Shown here: piece by piece, positions 8,205 to 16,802 of the stretch
Layout: every line of letters begins with the position of its first letter
Numbering within the stretch: the stretch's first letter is position 1
NCBI GenBank assembly: GCA_943369665.1
Contig: CALRNX020000012.1
Span: forward strand, 40,501-104,500
From: Chitinophaga pinensis
Lineage (GTDB): Bacteria; Bacteroidota; Bacteroidia; UKL13-3
Length of the DNA: 64,000 nt
Direction of reading: 5' to 3'
Translations under genes and position numbers: made by a program
Notes under the pieces: model-generated
The model's database searches: none
Told to the model about the DNA's origin: nothing
What the model saw: only the letters and a program-made list of their open reading frames with translations

Positions 8205-8729
8205 ATGAACATTGACTTTGACAACATATTTCAACACGTAATTCCAATGGACGACTTTGGACGAAAATGGCGTTTTACGGAAGAGAAGTTTGACGTACTA
8301 CCCGACCAACATCTTGACCTGCTAAAACCGTTAGACAAAGAAGCTGCAAAATTCTTGTGGGACTATATCGCAAAGACAAATTTGCACAACGACATCCCTT
8401 TTAAAAAAGACTTCTTTCGGACTATTGACAAAGCAAAAATTTTAGATGGTAACGAAAAAGAAATTAAAAAGTGGCTTTACCATCGTGGACTTCCTTTTGA
8501 CAAGCCCGTTTTTCTATCTTGGGACGAGACAGACGCAATGATTGTTCCTTGGAAACTTTTAATAAAATACTTCGACAGCTTTTATTATGGTTCATCGGAC
8601 GACCTAACTGTAATAGACCAAAGTTTAAACTGGGCGTTAGTATTTTATCACGAGGACGAAATTTATTTTGGAACTAATAAGGACTTTAAACCAAACGAAA
8701 CATTTGCAGAAGTTAACTTTATTTGGTAA
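8205..8729 (+). CDS. Cytoplasmic hypothetical protein (cassette 10)
   Basis: 174 aa with no signal peptide and an acidic, aromatic-rich composition. No motif I can name. Confidence 0.65.
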   Translation: MNIDFDNIFQHVIPMDDFGRKWRFTEEKFDVLPDQHLDLLKPLDKEAAKFLWDYIAKTNLHNDIPFKKDFFRTIDKAKILDGNEKEIKKWLYHRGLPFDKPVFLSWDETDAMIVPWKLLIKYFDSFYYGSSDDLTVIDQSLNWALVFYHEDEIYFGTNKDFKPNETFAEVNFIW

Positions 8730-8753
8730 CAACATAGTTTACAGAACGCCTAC

Positions 8754-8877
8754 CTATAACAGGCGTTTGGCAAAAAAGCGGGCTCAGTGCTTAAATGAGG
8801 CTTTGTGCTTCGTATCAAGTTCAGTGCTGGTTGACAGTTTTGTGCTTCGAAATCCGTCAAGCGCCAAGATGTTATGA
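8754..8877 (+). repeat. attC-like site 10 (subfamily A, shortened right arm)
   Basis: 124 nt, CTATAAC ... GTTATGA. It shares the conserved interior CAGTGCTTAAATGA.GCTTTGTGCTTCGTATCAAGTTCAGTGCTGG. Confidence 0.75.
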
Positions 8878-8896
8878 CTAATCCTAAAGACAATAA

Positions 8897-9502
8897 ATGA
8901 CAATTAAGCTTTTCCACCTATTTATTTTTGTTACGTTCATTTTCAGCTGTGACAATGACAGTGCTATTAAACAAAAAAGGCAGCCCTCAAATGATACAGT
9001 ATCATCCGTTACTTTGGATGAGGAAAACGAATCGCACTTTGAAGAAAACGACTGTGTTTTTGATACTAGTACATATAAATTTACAACAGAAGCGCTAAAA
9101 AAATATCGCGACAACATCAAATTCGCTTGGGACAACAAAGACAACAGTGCGACAACCATACTTGATAATGGTGACACCTTAAATATAAGTATTGGTGGTT
9201 GTAATCACTTTGGGTACTCCGCGACATTGTATTCTTCAATTCATTTCGACAACACAAAAGAGCTTATCAAAAAAGCACATTGGCTTGCGAAGACTTTTTT
9301 TGATAATGGATTTGATACTAAATATGATGAGTGCATCAGAAAAGGACAATATGAGCCTAGTTATAATCACGACACGATTAACATTAAATCCTTTGACATA
9401 ATTGATCGAGACACGTCAGAAACAAATTTGATATATGAAGGCTTCACATTTTTCAGAACAGGCGACAGGACAAAAATAGTAATCAGTGGTTACATCAACT
9501 GA
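8897..9502 (+). CDS. Lipoprotein, hypothetical (last cassette)
   Basis: 201 aa with the lipobox FIFSC. No attC-like site follows it. Confidence 0.65.
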   Translation: MTIKLFHLFIFVTFIFSCDNDSAIKQKRQPSNDTVSSVTLDEENESHFEENDCVFDTSTYKFTTEALKKYRDNIKFAWDNKDNSATTILDNGDTLNISIGGCNHFGYSATLYSSIHFDNTKELIKKAHWLAKTFFDNGFDTKYDECIRKGQYEPSYNHDTINIKSFDIIDRDTSETNLIYEGFTFFRTGDRTKIVISGYIN

Positions 9503-9564
9503 AAGAGGTACTACGCTAGCGGTTTTGCCGCAATTCGTCACGGGCTCTTGGGAAGGTTAACTCC

Positions 9565-10689
9565 CTAAACAAACAAATCACTCGCAATCCCATCGGCCAT
9601 AATCCTAGCATGTCTTGTGAGTTTGTAAAAATGGCCGTTTTGTTCGATCAAACCTTCCTGCATTTTTTGTTGCAATCCGGTAGTAATTGTTTTGGCAAAT
9701 GGAGCGCCAAACTCTTTTTCAAACCATTGCAGGTCCAATCCCCAAATGGTACGGAGGCTTGTCATGATGTATTCGTTGATCCTGTTTTCAATGGTCAGTT
9801 CTTCAACTTCCGAAACAAGAGTTCCGCTTTCAATTCCTTTTAAGTAAAGATTGTTGTTGGCCATATTCCAGCTCCGTGTTTGTTTGTTAAACGAATGAGC
9901 CGATGGCCCGACACCCAGGTATATTTTGTTTTTCCAGTAGTTGGTATTGTGCACCGCGTATTGGCCATTGCGTGCAAAATTGGAAATCTCGTATTGCTCA
10001 AATCTATTTGCTTCCAATGTGTTTACCAGCATTTCAAATTGTTCACCGGCTTGTTCTTCACTTGGAGCAATGACTTTGTGTTTTTTGATCAACGTATCCA
10101 AAGCTGTTTTAGGCTCTACCGTTAAACAATACGAAGAAATATGGTTGAGGTTTAAGTCCAAAGCCGTTTGCAAATTGGCTTGCCATTTTTCATTGGTTAA
10201 GGTAGGCGAACCATAGATCAGGTCAATCGTAATATTAGGGAATCCTGCATCCTGAACAAGCTTGATCACATGAAACGCTTCGCTTGCAGTATGCGCCCTG
10301 TTCATCCATTTGAGTTCTTCATCAAAAAAAGACTGAACACCAATACTGAAACGGTTGACAGGCGATTGTTTGAGTTCCATAATTTTTGAGGGGATCAGGT
10401 CATCAGGATTGGCTTCCAACGTAATTTCTGCAGTTGGTGATACCTTAAAGTGTTTGTATAACGCTTCAAACAATTGACCAAGTTGTTGTTCCGTTAACAA
10501 CGAGGGTGTTCCTCCTCCAATATAAATCGACTCAATTGTTTCGTTAAGCACATATTGTTTGCGGGTGATCAGTTCGTTCACAATGGCGTTCACCATTTCC
10601 TGTTTGTACGAAAGCTGGGTGCTGAAATGAAAATTGCAATAATAACATGCCTGTTTACAAAAAGGAATATGAATGTAAATACCTGCCAT
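9565..10689 (-). CDS. hemW: Radical SAM heme chaperone HemW (HemN-like, oxygen-independent coproporphyrinogen oxidase family)
   Basis: The N-terminus IHIPFCKQACYYCNFH carries the CxxxCxxC radical SAM motif. Length is 374 aa. Confidence 0.85.
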   Translation of the reverse strand: MAGIYIHIPFCKQACYYCNFHFSTQLSYKQEMVNAIVNELITRKQYVLNETIESIYIGGGTPSLLTEQQLGQLFEALYKHFKVSPTAEITLEANPDDLIPSKIMELKQSPVNRFSIGVQSFFDEELKWMNRAHTASEAFHVIKLVQDAGFPNITIDLIYGSPTLTNEKWQANLQTALDLNLNHISSYCLTVEPKTALDTLIKKHKVIAPSEEQAGEQFEMLVNTLEANRFEQYEISNFARNGQYAVHNTNYWKNKIYLGVGPSAHSFNKQTRSWNMANNNLYLKGIESGTLVSEVEELTIENRINEYIMTSLRTIWGLDLQWFEKEFGAPFAKTITTGLQQKMQEGLIEQNGHFYKLTRHARIMADGIASDLFV

Positions 10690-10722
10690 GTATATAGTTT
10701 GCCTGAATTATGATTAATTTGT

Positions 10723-12522
10723 ATGGTGCGAAAGTATTTTAAATTAATTGTTTTACTGCTACTTGTTGGGCAATTGTATGCCCAGCAACGTCCGATATAC
10801 TTGCACGTGAACTGGCCGGTGTCCAAAGAAGGAGCATTCGTTCAAAAGAATGTAAGCTATCAATCGTTTTGTGCCGACAGTGCTTTTTTGAATGCCGAGT
10901 TGTCTAAAATTTTGCTGGGTTGTTATAAATTATCTTTTGTTCAGGCACAGTTTACCTCTTTTCAGTCAATAGGGGATTCGATTATTGCCACCCTTGCATT
11001 GGGGAATGCATACAAGTGGATCGGTATCCGTGCAGGCAACGCTTCCGAAGATATTTTAAGTGGAGCAGGTTTTCGCAATGCCCAGTTCAACAACAAGCCT
11101 TTTAACCCGGATCAATTTTCCAAACGCGTTGAACGTTTATTGCAATACCTGGAAAACAATGGTTACCCGTTTGCCGAGGTCCGTTTGGATTCTGTGCAGG
11201 CCGATTCAATGTTTGTTTCCGCATCGTTAAACCTTACGTTAAACAACCTCATTGTTTTCGACACCCTTGATATAATCGGGGATGCCAAGATCAAAAAATG
11301 GTATTTGTACAAATATCTCGGACTAAAACCTGGAAGCAATTACAATGAGTCTTCCATTAAACAAGCCAATAGTCGCCTGAGCCAGTTACCCTTTTTAAAA
11401 ACAACCGGTGGTGCACGGGTATATTTTTTTGGAAACAAAGCAATGCCGATCCTCTCGTTGGATAACCGCAAATCGAGCAGTATTGATGGGGTAGTGGGCT
11501 TTGCACCCAATACGGTTCAAAACCCGGGAGCCAGTGAAAAGTTGCTGATCACGGGTGAAGCCAATCTTAAACTGCAGAATTTATTTGGAAGCGGAAAAAG
11601 CTTCGAATTGAACTATCGAAGTTTTTTGGGAAACTCTCAGGATTTAAAGATCAAGTTTATGTATCCCTACATTTTTAGGTCCAATATTGCATTCGATTAT
11701 GAGCTCAATTTGTTAAAACAAGATACCACCTACCTGGATATCCGGAATGAGATCGGCTTTCAATACCGTTTTGTGGGCAATGATTATTTTAAAGTGTATT
11801 ACAGCATTCAAAACACTTCTTTGATCACCATTGATACCAATGCAATTAAAGCAACCCGCAAGCTCCCGGCAGCGTCCGATATTACCAATAATACTTACGG
11901 TGCGGCTTTTCGCATCCAGCGCTTCGATTATTTTTTTAACCCCCGTAAAGGGTATACCGTAGATATGAATATGGGTTTTGGTGTGAAAGTGATCAACCGC
12001 AATCCTACCATTGAGGCCTTGCGCATATTGGATGTGAGTGGCGAAACATACGGCATTTACGATTCCATTCAATTAAGCTATTTCCAAACGCGTTTTCAGG
12101 GAATGGCCGAATATTATATTCCATTGTTTCAACGGGCAACAGTCAGGTTGCAGGCAATGGGCGGACATATAGCCTCCGAAAATTTATTTGTGAACGAGTT
12201 GTTCAGAATTGGTGGAATAAGAACCTTGAAAGGATTTGATGAACAGTCTATATTCGCGAGCTCCTACGCAATTGGTAATTTGGAGTTGAGGTATTTGTTA
12301 CAGGAAAATTCCAATGTACTTTTGTTTTGGAACGGGGCCTATTACCGCAATATGGTTTATAATCCGGTTGTAACGGATAAGCCATTCGGGTTTGGGGCAG
12401 GATTTAATTTTGAAACCAATACAGGAGTGTTTTCAATTTTTTATGCTGTGGGAAAAGAAAAAAATAACCCTGTGAATTTTAACCGGGCAAAAGTGCATTT
12501 TGGGTTTGTAAATTATTTTTAA
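10723..12522 (+). CDS. BamA/TamA (Omp85) family outer-membrane protein
   Basis: Signal peptide, a POTRA-like N-terminal part, and a C-terminal beta-barrel with alternating aromatic pattern ending HFGFVNYF. Confidence 0.65.
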   Translation: MVRKYFKLIVLLLLVGQLYAQQRPIYLHVNWPVSKEGAFVQKNVSYQSFCADSAFLNAELSKILLGCYKLSFVQAQFTSFQSIGDSIIATLALGNAYKWIGIRAGNASEDILSGAGFRNAQFNNKPFNPDQFSKRVERLLQYLENNGYPFAEVRLDSVQADSMFVSASLNLTLNNLIVFDTLDIIGDAKIKKWYLYKYLGLKPGSNYNESSIKQANSRLSQLPFLKTTGGARVYFFGNKAMPILSLDNRKSSSIDGVVGFAPNTVQNPGASEKLLITGEANLKLQNLFGSGKSFELNYRSFLGNSQDLKIKFMYPYIFRSNIAFDYELNLLKQDTTYLDIRNEIGFQYRFVGNDYFKVYYSIQNTSLITIDTNAIKATRKLPAASDITNNTYGAAFRIQRFDYFFNPRKGYTVDMNMGFGVKVINRNPTIEALRILDVSGETYGIYDSIQLSYFQTRFQGMAEYYIPLFQRATVRLQAMGGHIASENLFVNELFRIGGIRTLKGFDEQSIFASSYAIGNLELRYLLQENSNVLLFWNGAYYRNMVYNPVVTDKPFGFGAGFNFETNTGVFSIFYAVGKEKNNPVNFNRAKVHFGFVNYF

Positions 12523-12526
12523 GCAA

Positions 12527-13501
12527 TTGAAAAAAGGACTTTTATTCTTATGTGTATGGTTTGGAATATTGGGGATTCAAGCCCAAAATACTTCCACTGT
12601 AAACATGCAGCTGCCCGATAGTTTTTCATTTGCAGTGGATAGCAATGCCGTTGCCGATTCGTTGGCTGCTGATAGTTTGTACAGGCCTTATTTTCGCTCC
12701 AAAACATTTGGTTTGTTGGATAGCTTAAGGGGAGATTCCTCGCTGCGGGCCATCGTTAAGCCTTATCAGTTTATCACTTCTTCTTTTGTAACCAAAAGTC
12801 AGCATCGCAGGAATTTACCTACCGTCAAAGAAATAAAGGTAAGGGAACAAGCAAACGCACCCTGGAAGTTTTGGGTCATTATTTTCATCTTTGCTTATAT
12901 CGCTTTTGTACGCATCATCAATCCGAATAATTTCAGGGTGTTCATGTTATCCGTCTTTAACTTAAAGTTAAGTGATAAAATTTGGGAAGAGCAGCGTTCT
13001 GTTTTTGGGGTCGTTATTCTGCAGTTGTTTGCGATTTACCTTTTTATTGCCGCCATTTTTATCAATAACCAGTTAGAAGTCCGAAACATCCTGTTTGTAT
13101 CGGGCTATTTTGTACAGTTTGTATGTGTGTTTGCCGTGCTTATGGCAATCTATTTGTTCAAATTCCTGCTGCATACCTTGCTGGGATTATTGCTCAAAAT
13201 GAAAAAACTCGGGATCGGTTTTGTGTCCAATACCATCTCTATTAATAATTTTTTATCGCTCGTTATTTTCCCCCTGATCATATTTACGGTGTACTATCAT
13301 AATGCCTTATGGAGTTCAGTATTAGCACAAACCGTAGTTGCAGTATTTTTTATCAGTATTATTTACAGGGTTATCCGCATCACATTATTGAGTAACCGAT
13401 TCTTTAGTTTTCCTAGAATCTATTTATTTATTTATCTTTGTGCCCTGGAAGTTATGCCCTGGCTTGTAATTGTTAACTACTTAAAGAATCTTACAATTTG
13501 A
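12527..13501 (+). CDS. DUF4271-like multi-pass membrane protein
   Basis: TTG start and a signal peptide followed by about 6 TM helices. Its position immediately upstream of hemD is typical of Bacteroidota. Confidence 0.6.
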   Translation: MKKGLLFLCVWFGILGIQAQNTSTVNMQLPDSFSFAVDSNAVADSLAADSLYRPYFRSKTFGLLDSLRGDSSLRAIVKPYQFITSSFVTKSQHRRNLPTVKEIKVREQANAPWKFWVIIFIFAYIAFVRIINPNNFRVFMLSVFNLKLSDKIWEEQRSVFGVVILQLFAIYLFIAAIFINNQLEVRNILFVSGYFVQFVCVFAVLMAIYLFKFLLHTLLGLLLKMKKLGIGFVSNTISINNFLSLVIFPLIIFTVYYHNALWSSVLAQTVVAVFFISIIYRVIRITLLSNRFFSFPRIYLFIYLCALEVMPWLVIVNYLKNLTI

Positions 13502-14259
13502 AAAACGCTAAAATCAAAAGTATACTTATCTCACAACCTAAGCCAGAGAGTGATAAATCTCCCTATTTTGATCTTGCTAAAAAATATAGTTTAAAGGTTG
13601 ATTTCAGACCTTTTATAACTGTGTCCCCCGTTTTTTACAAAGAGTTTAAAGCACAAAAAGTAAACCTGCTCGACTTCACTGCCATTATATTGAACTCGCG
13701 TAATTCGGTAGATCATTTTTTTCGGTTGTGCACCGAAATGAAAATTGAGATGCCTCCCGAAACAAAGTATTTTTGTGTAAACGATAGTATTGCTAATTAC
13801 CTGGCAAAATATATCCAGGTTCGTAAACGCAAAGTGTTTACAGGAAAAGCCACTGAAGTAGAGTTGCTCAATGTGATCAAAAATCATCCGCTCGAAAAAT
13901 ACCTGTTCCCATGCAGCGATTGGCGTAAGCCCGATATTGAGAAGTTTATGAAGAAAAATAAATTTCACTTTAAAGAGGCGCTTATTTATAAAATAGTTTC
14001 ATCAGATCTGTCAGATCTGACACATGTTAACTACGATATCATTGTATTTTTTAGTCCGGCCGATATTCGTTCATTGTTCGAAAATTTCCCCGAATTCAAA
14101 CAGAACAACACACTCATCGCATCCTTCGGTGCCACTACATCCAAAGCGATAACAGAAGCCAAACTCACCGTAAACATTTCGGCACCGTCTGCTCAGTACC
14201 CGTCAATGAGCATGGCCCTCGATAAATTTATCGAAGCTCGTCACAAAGAAAAAAAGTAG
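13498..14259 (+). CDS. hemD: Uroporphyrinogen-III synthase family protein
   Basis: 253 aa. The N-terminus IKSILISQPKPESDKSPYFDLAKKY is typical of the Bacteroidota HemD-like family. It overlaps the upstream gene by 4 nt. Confidence 0.65.
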   Translation: MKNAKIKSILISQPKPESDKSPYFDLAKKYSLKVDFRPFITVSPVFYKEFKAQKVNLLDFTAIILNSRNSVDHFFRLCTEMKIEMPPETKYFCVNDSIANYLAKYIQVRKRKVFTGKATEVELLNVIKNHPLEKYLFPCSDWRKPDIEKFMKKNKFHFKEALIYKIVSSDLSDLTHVNYDIIVFFSPADIRSLFENFPEFKQNNTLIASFGATTSKAITEAKLTVNISAPSAQYPSMSMALDKFIEARHKEKK

Positions 14260-14352
14260 CATCTAAGACATTTTCATGTCCTTTTTATTTTTGTTAAGCA
14301 AAATTTTAGTTGTATAATTGTTAAAACAATTGTTTTTTGTAGACCGAAATAC

Positions 14353-15327
14353 ATGAAAAAACTACTACTATTTTTGGCCCTTGTTAATCTTTCTGTTTGC
14401 CTCCGCGCACAACAGGATGCACAATACACTCAATTTTTTATGAATAAGCTTACGTTTAATCCTGGTTATGCCGGGAGCGAAGAGCGTATTTGTGCAACGG
14501 GGTTATACCGTTCGCAGTGGATTGGATTTGGAAGCAATGATGCAGGACTTTCTCCTACAACAATTGTTTTTAATATTCATTCGCCATTGGGTAAGGAGCA
14601 AAGATTTGGTGTAGGATTAAATGTAAAGAGAGATCAGTCCGGTTTCGAAGAGGTAATTAATCCGGTAGCTTCTATTTCTTACCGTTATCCTTTGAAAAAT
14701 GGACATACACTTGCCGCAGGATTAGGTGTTGGGTTCATGCAAAAATCACTTGCCGGAGATAAACTAAAACCTTTAGAAGCCAATGATCCTAAAATTCCGA
14801 ATGTGGCAGTTACAGGAAGTGCGTTGGATGTGGACTTTGGTTTGTATTACACCATGCCGAATATCTGGGTTCTAAATGATGCCTATGCAGGATTGTCGGC
14901 AACACATCTTACACAAGGAGATGTTGAGTATTCGTGGGCTGGTTATACCGTAAATAACCCAATGGCGATGCACTTTTATTTTATGACAGGTGCATCATAC
15001 TCCATAAGCCCCAACTTAGCAGTTGAACCTAATATTTTGGTAAAGTCTGATATTGCCAAAACATCAGCAGATTTTAATGCGATGGTGGTGTATAACCAAA
15101 GAATTAAAGGAGGATTGACATATCGTACTGCAGATGCTGTTTCAATTTTGGGTGGCTATCAGTTCTCTAACTTTTATGTGGGCTATTCATACGATTTAAC
15201 CACTAGCAATATTATCAGCTATAGTAGCGGTTCACATGAAATTGTGGTAAGGTATTGTTTCAAACCTAAGTTTAAGGTGAAAGACCCTAAACCGGTGAAT
15301 CCGAGGTTAACACCAAGATTTTTGTAA
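14353..15327 (+). CDS. porP: PorP/SprF family T9SS outer-membrane protein
   Basis: N-terminus AQQDAQYTQFFMNKLTFNPGYAG. About 320 aa of beta-barrel, located upstream of gldK. Confidence 0.85.
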   Translation: MKKLLLFLALVNLSVCLRAQQDAQYTQFFMNKLTFNPGYAGSEERICATGLYRSQWIGFGSNDAGLSPTTIVFNIHSPLGKEQRFGVGLNVKRDQSGFEEVINPVASISYRYPLKNGHTLAAGLGVGFMQKSLAGDKLKPLEANDPKIPNVAVTGSALDVDFGLYYTMPNIWVLNDAYAGLSATHLTQGDVEYSWAGYTVNNPMAMHFYFMTGASYSISPNLAVEPNILVKSDIAKTSADFNAMVVYNQRIKGGLTYRTADAVSILGGYQFSNFYVGYSYDLTTSNIISYSSGSHEIVVRYCFKPKFKVKDPKPVNPRLTPRFL

Positions 15328-15378
15328 CAATAATTAAGCAGCAGGCTCCGTTAATAAGACAGCTATTTTATTTAGGAC

Positions 15379-15408
15379 TTGCGTATTTTAAAAGATTTTA
15401 TAGATTTG
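15379..15408 (+). promoter_or_regulatory. Candidate Bacteroidetes sigma-A promoter for gldKLMN
   Basis: TTG at 15379-15381, a 19-nt spacer, then TAGATTTG (TAnnTTTG) at 15401-15408, 31 nt before the gldK ATG. Confidence 0.35.
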
Positions 15409-15438
15409 CATTACTTAATCTAAGTATACCGTAACAAA

Positions 15439-16725
15439 ATGAAAACAATTCGTTTGATTTTATTCTTCTTAGTGGCGAGCGCTATCGTTGCATGTTCTAG
15501 TGGTGATAGAGGAGAGCTTACAGGCACACAAGGACGTCCGCAATGGTTTCACCCACAACCGTTCGGTACTGTTTATGTTCCAACTGGATCAATCCATATT
15601 GGTGCCAATGAGCAAGATATCCCAATGGCGCAAATCAGTCCCAACAAACAAGTATCCATTGTAGCATTTTACATGGATGAGACTGAAATAACCAATAACG
15701 AATACCGTCAGTTTGTTGATAATGTATTGGACTCAATGGTGCGTGAGCGTTTAGGAGAGCAAAATCCTGATATCTATTGGTATGTTGACGAAGAATCAGG
15801 TGAACACTTTTTGAACTATCAAGCTAAAATTAGTCCGGAAGATGTTGCCAGCAATGATGCAATCAAAGAACTTTACTACAACCAGGAAGAAACGTATTAC
15901 CGCACCAAACAGATCGATGTTCGTAAGTTGATCTATCGTTACGAAAATATAGATACCCGTTCGGCTGCGCGTTTACACCAAAAAGATGGTTATAAAGTAA
16001 ATCGTTCAAAATATAAATCAATCGAAGAGGTTGCGATCTATCCGGATACATTGGTATTTATGAGAGACTTCACGTATTCTTATAACGAGCCAATGACTCA
16101 GGTATACTTCTGGCATCCAAAATATGATGACTATCCTTTGGTAGGAATCAATTGGAACCAGGCAAAAGCTTTCTGTAAATGGAGAACAACCTACCTGAAT
16201 ACATTCTATTCGGAAATGGATGAGGCTACTGTAACCGATTTCCGTTTGCCAACCGAATATGAGTGGGAATATGCTGCACGTGGCGGTAGAGATCAAAGTA
16301 TGTACCCTTGGGGCGGTCCTTATGTTAAAAATGCAAAAGGTTGCTCATTGGCTAACTTCAAACCAATGCGTGGTGATTACATGCAAGATGGTGGTTTGTA
16401 TCCTGTAAGAGTTTCTTCTTATTTCCCTAACGATTTCGGATTGTATGATATGTCTGGAAACGTTGCTGAGTGGACTATTTCTGCTTACTCTGAATCTGCT
16501 AACTTGTTTACACACGATTTAAATCCTGACTACCAATATGACGCTAAGGCAGATGAGCCTGAAACATTAAAGCGTAAAACAACACGTGGTGGATCATGGA
16601 AAGACATTGCACATTTTATCAACTGCGGAAGCAGAACCTACGAGTACCAAGATAGTGCAAATGCTTACACCGGATTCCGTTGTGTAATGAGTTATATCGG
16701 TCGCTCAAGTAGAGACAAACAATAA
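15439..16725 (+). CDS. gldK: Gliding motility/T9SS lipoprotein GldK (FGE-sulfatase fold)
   Basis: Lipobox IVAC and SUMF1-like motifs (RGGSWKD, GFRCV). Gene order is gldK-L-M-N. Confidence 0.92.
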   Translation: MKTIRLILFFLVASAIVACSSGDRGELTGTQGRPQWFHPQPFGTVYVPTGSIHIGANEQDIPMAQISPNKQVSIVAFYMDETEITNNEYRQFVDNVLDSMVRERLGEQNPDIYWYVDEESGEHFLNYQAKISPEDVASNDAIKELYYNQEETYYRTKQIDVRKLIYRYENIDTRSAARLHQKDGYKVNRSKYKSIEEVAIYPDTLVFMRDFTYSYNEPMTQVYFWHPKYDDYPLVGINWNQAKAFCKWRTTYLNTFYSEMDEATVTDFRLPTEYEWEYAARGGRDQSMYPWGGPYVKNAKGCSLANFKPMRGDYMQDGGLYPVRVSSYFPNDFGLYDMSGNVAEWTISAYSESANLFTHDLNPDYQYDAKADEPETLKRKTTRGGSWKDIAHFINCGSRTYEYQDSANAYTGFRCVMSYIGRSSRDKQ

Positions 16726-16802
16726 AATCAATTGTCCTTTGGGCAGTTTTACATCATACTTCAATTTAACTAACAACAAACATTTAAAAATCTAACATTA
16801 AG

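Larger units (their letters stand above)
1..9502 (+). mobile_element. Integron-type gene-cassette array: 11 attC-like sites and at least 11 co-oriented cassettes. It is open at the left window edge. No integrase is in the window.
   Basis: Regular alternation of short + strand ORFs and same-orientation imperfect palindromes bounded by NNNTAAC and GTTAKNN. ORF-to-site gaps are 5-62 nt and site-to-ORF gaps are 12-79 nt. Cassette 5' ends are complementary to the start of their own downstream site. Confidence 0.8.

Noticed and set aside
155-8877. The regularly spaced repeats could be taken for a CRISPR array or for REP/MITE elements.
   Set aside because: The repeats are ~131 nt imperfect palindromes, not 25-40 nt direct repeats. 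The supposed spacers are 0.5-1.4 kb and each holds a complete ORF. All copies share one orientation and sit exactly at ORF ends. The ends of neighbouring units are complementary, which fits attC sites and does not fit CRISPR or MITEs.
9503-9564. A possible short terminal attC (CGCTAGCGGTTTTGCCG ... GTTAACT) after the last cassette.
   Set aside because: There is no AAC inverse core and the arms are not complementary. There is no complementarity to the start of the last cassette, and the length (about 55 nt) is unlike all other sites.
14318-14338. A 7-bp inverted repeat AATTGTT-aa-AACAATT upstream of porP as a possible operator.
   Set aside because: It is a short AT-rich palindrome in an AT-rich spacer and is likely to arise by chance. 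There is no second copy or associated regulator in the window.
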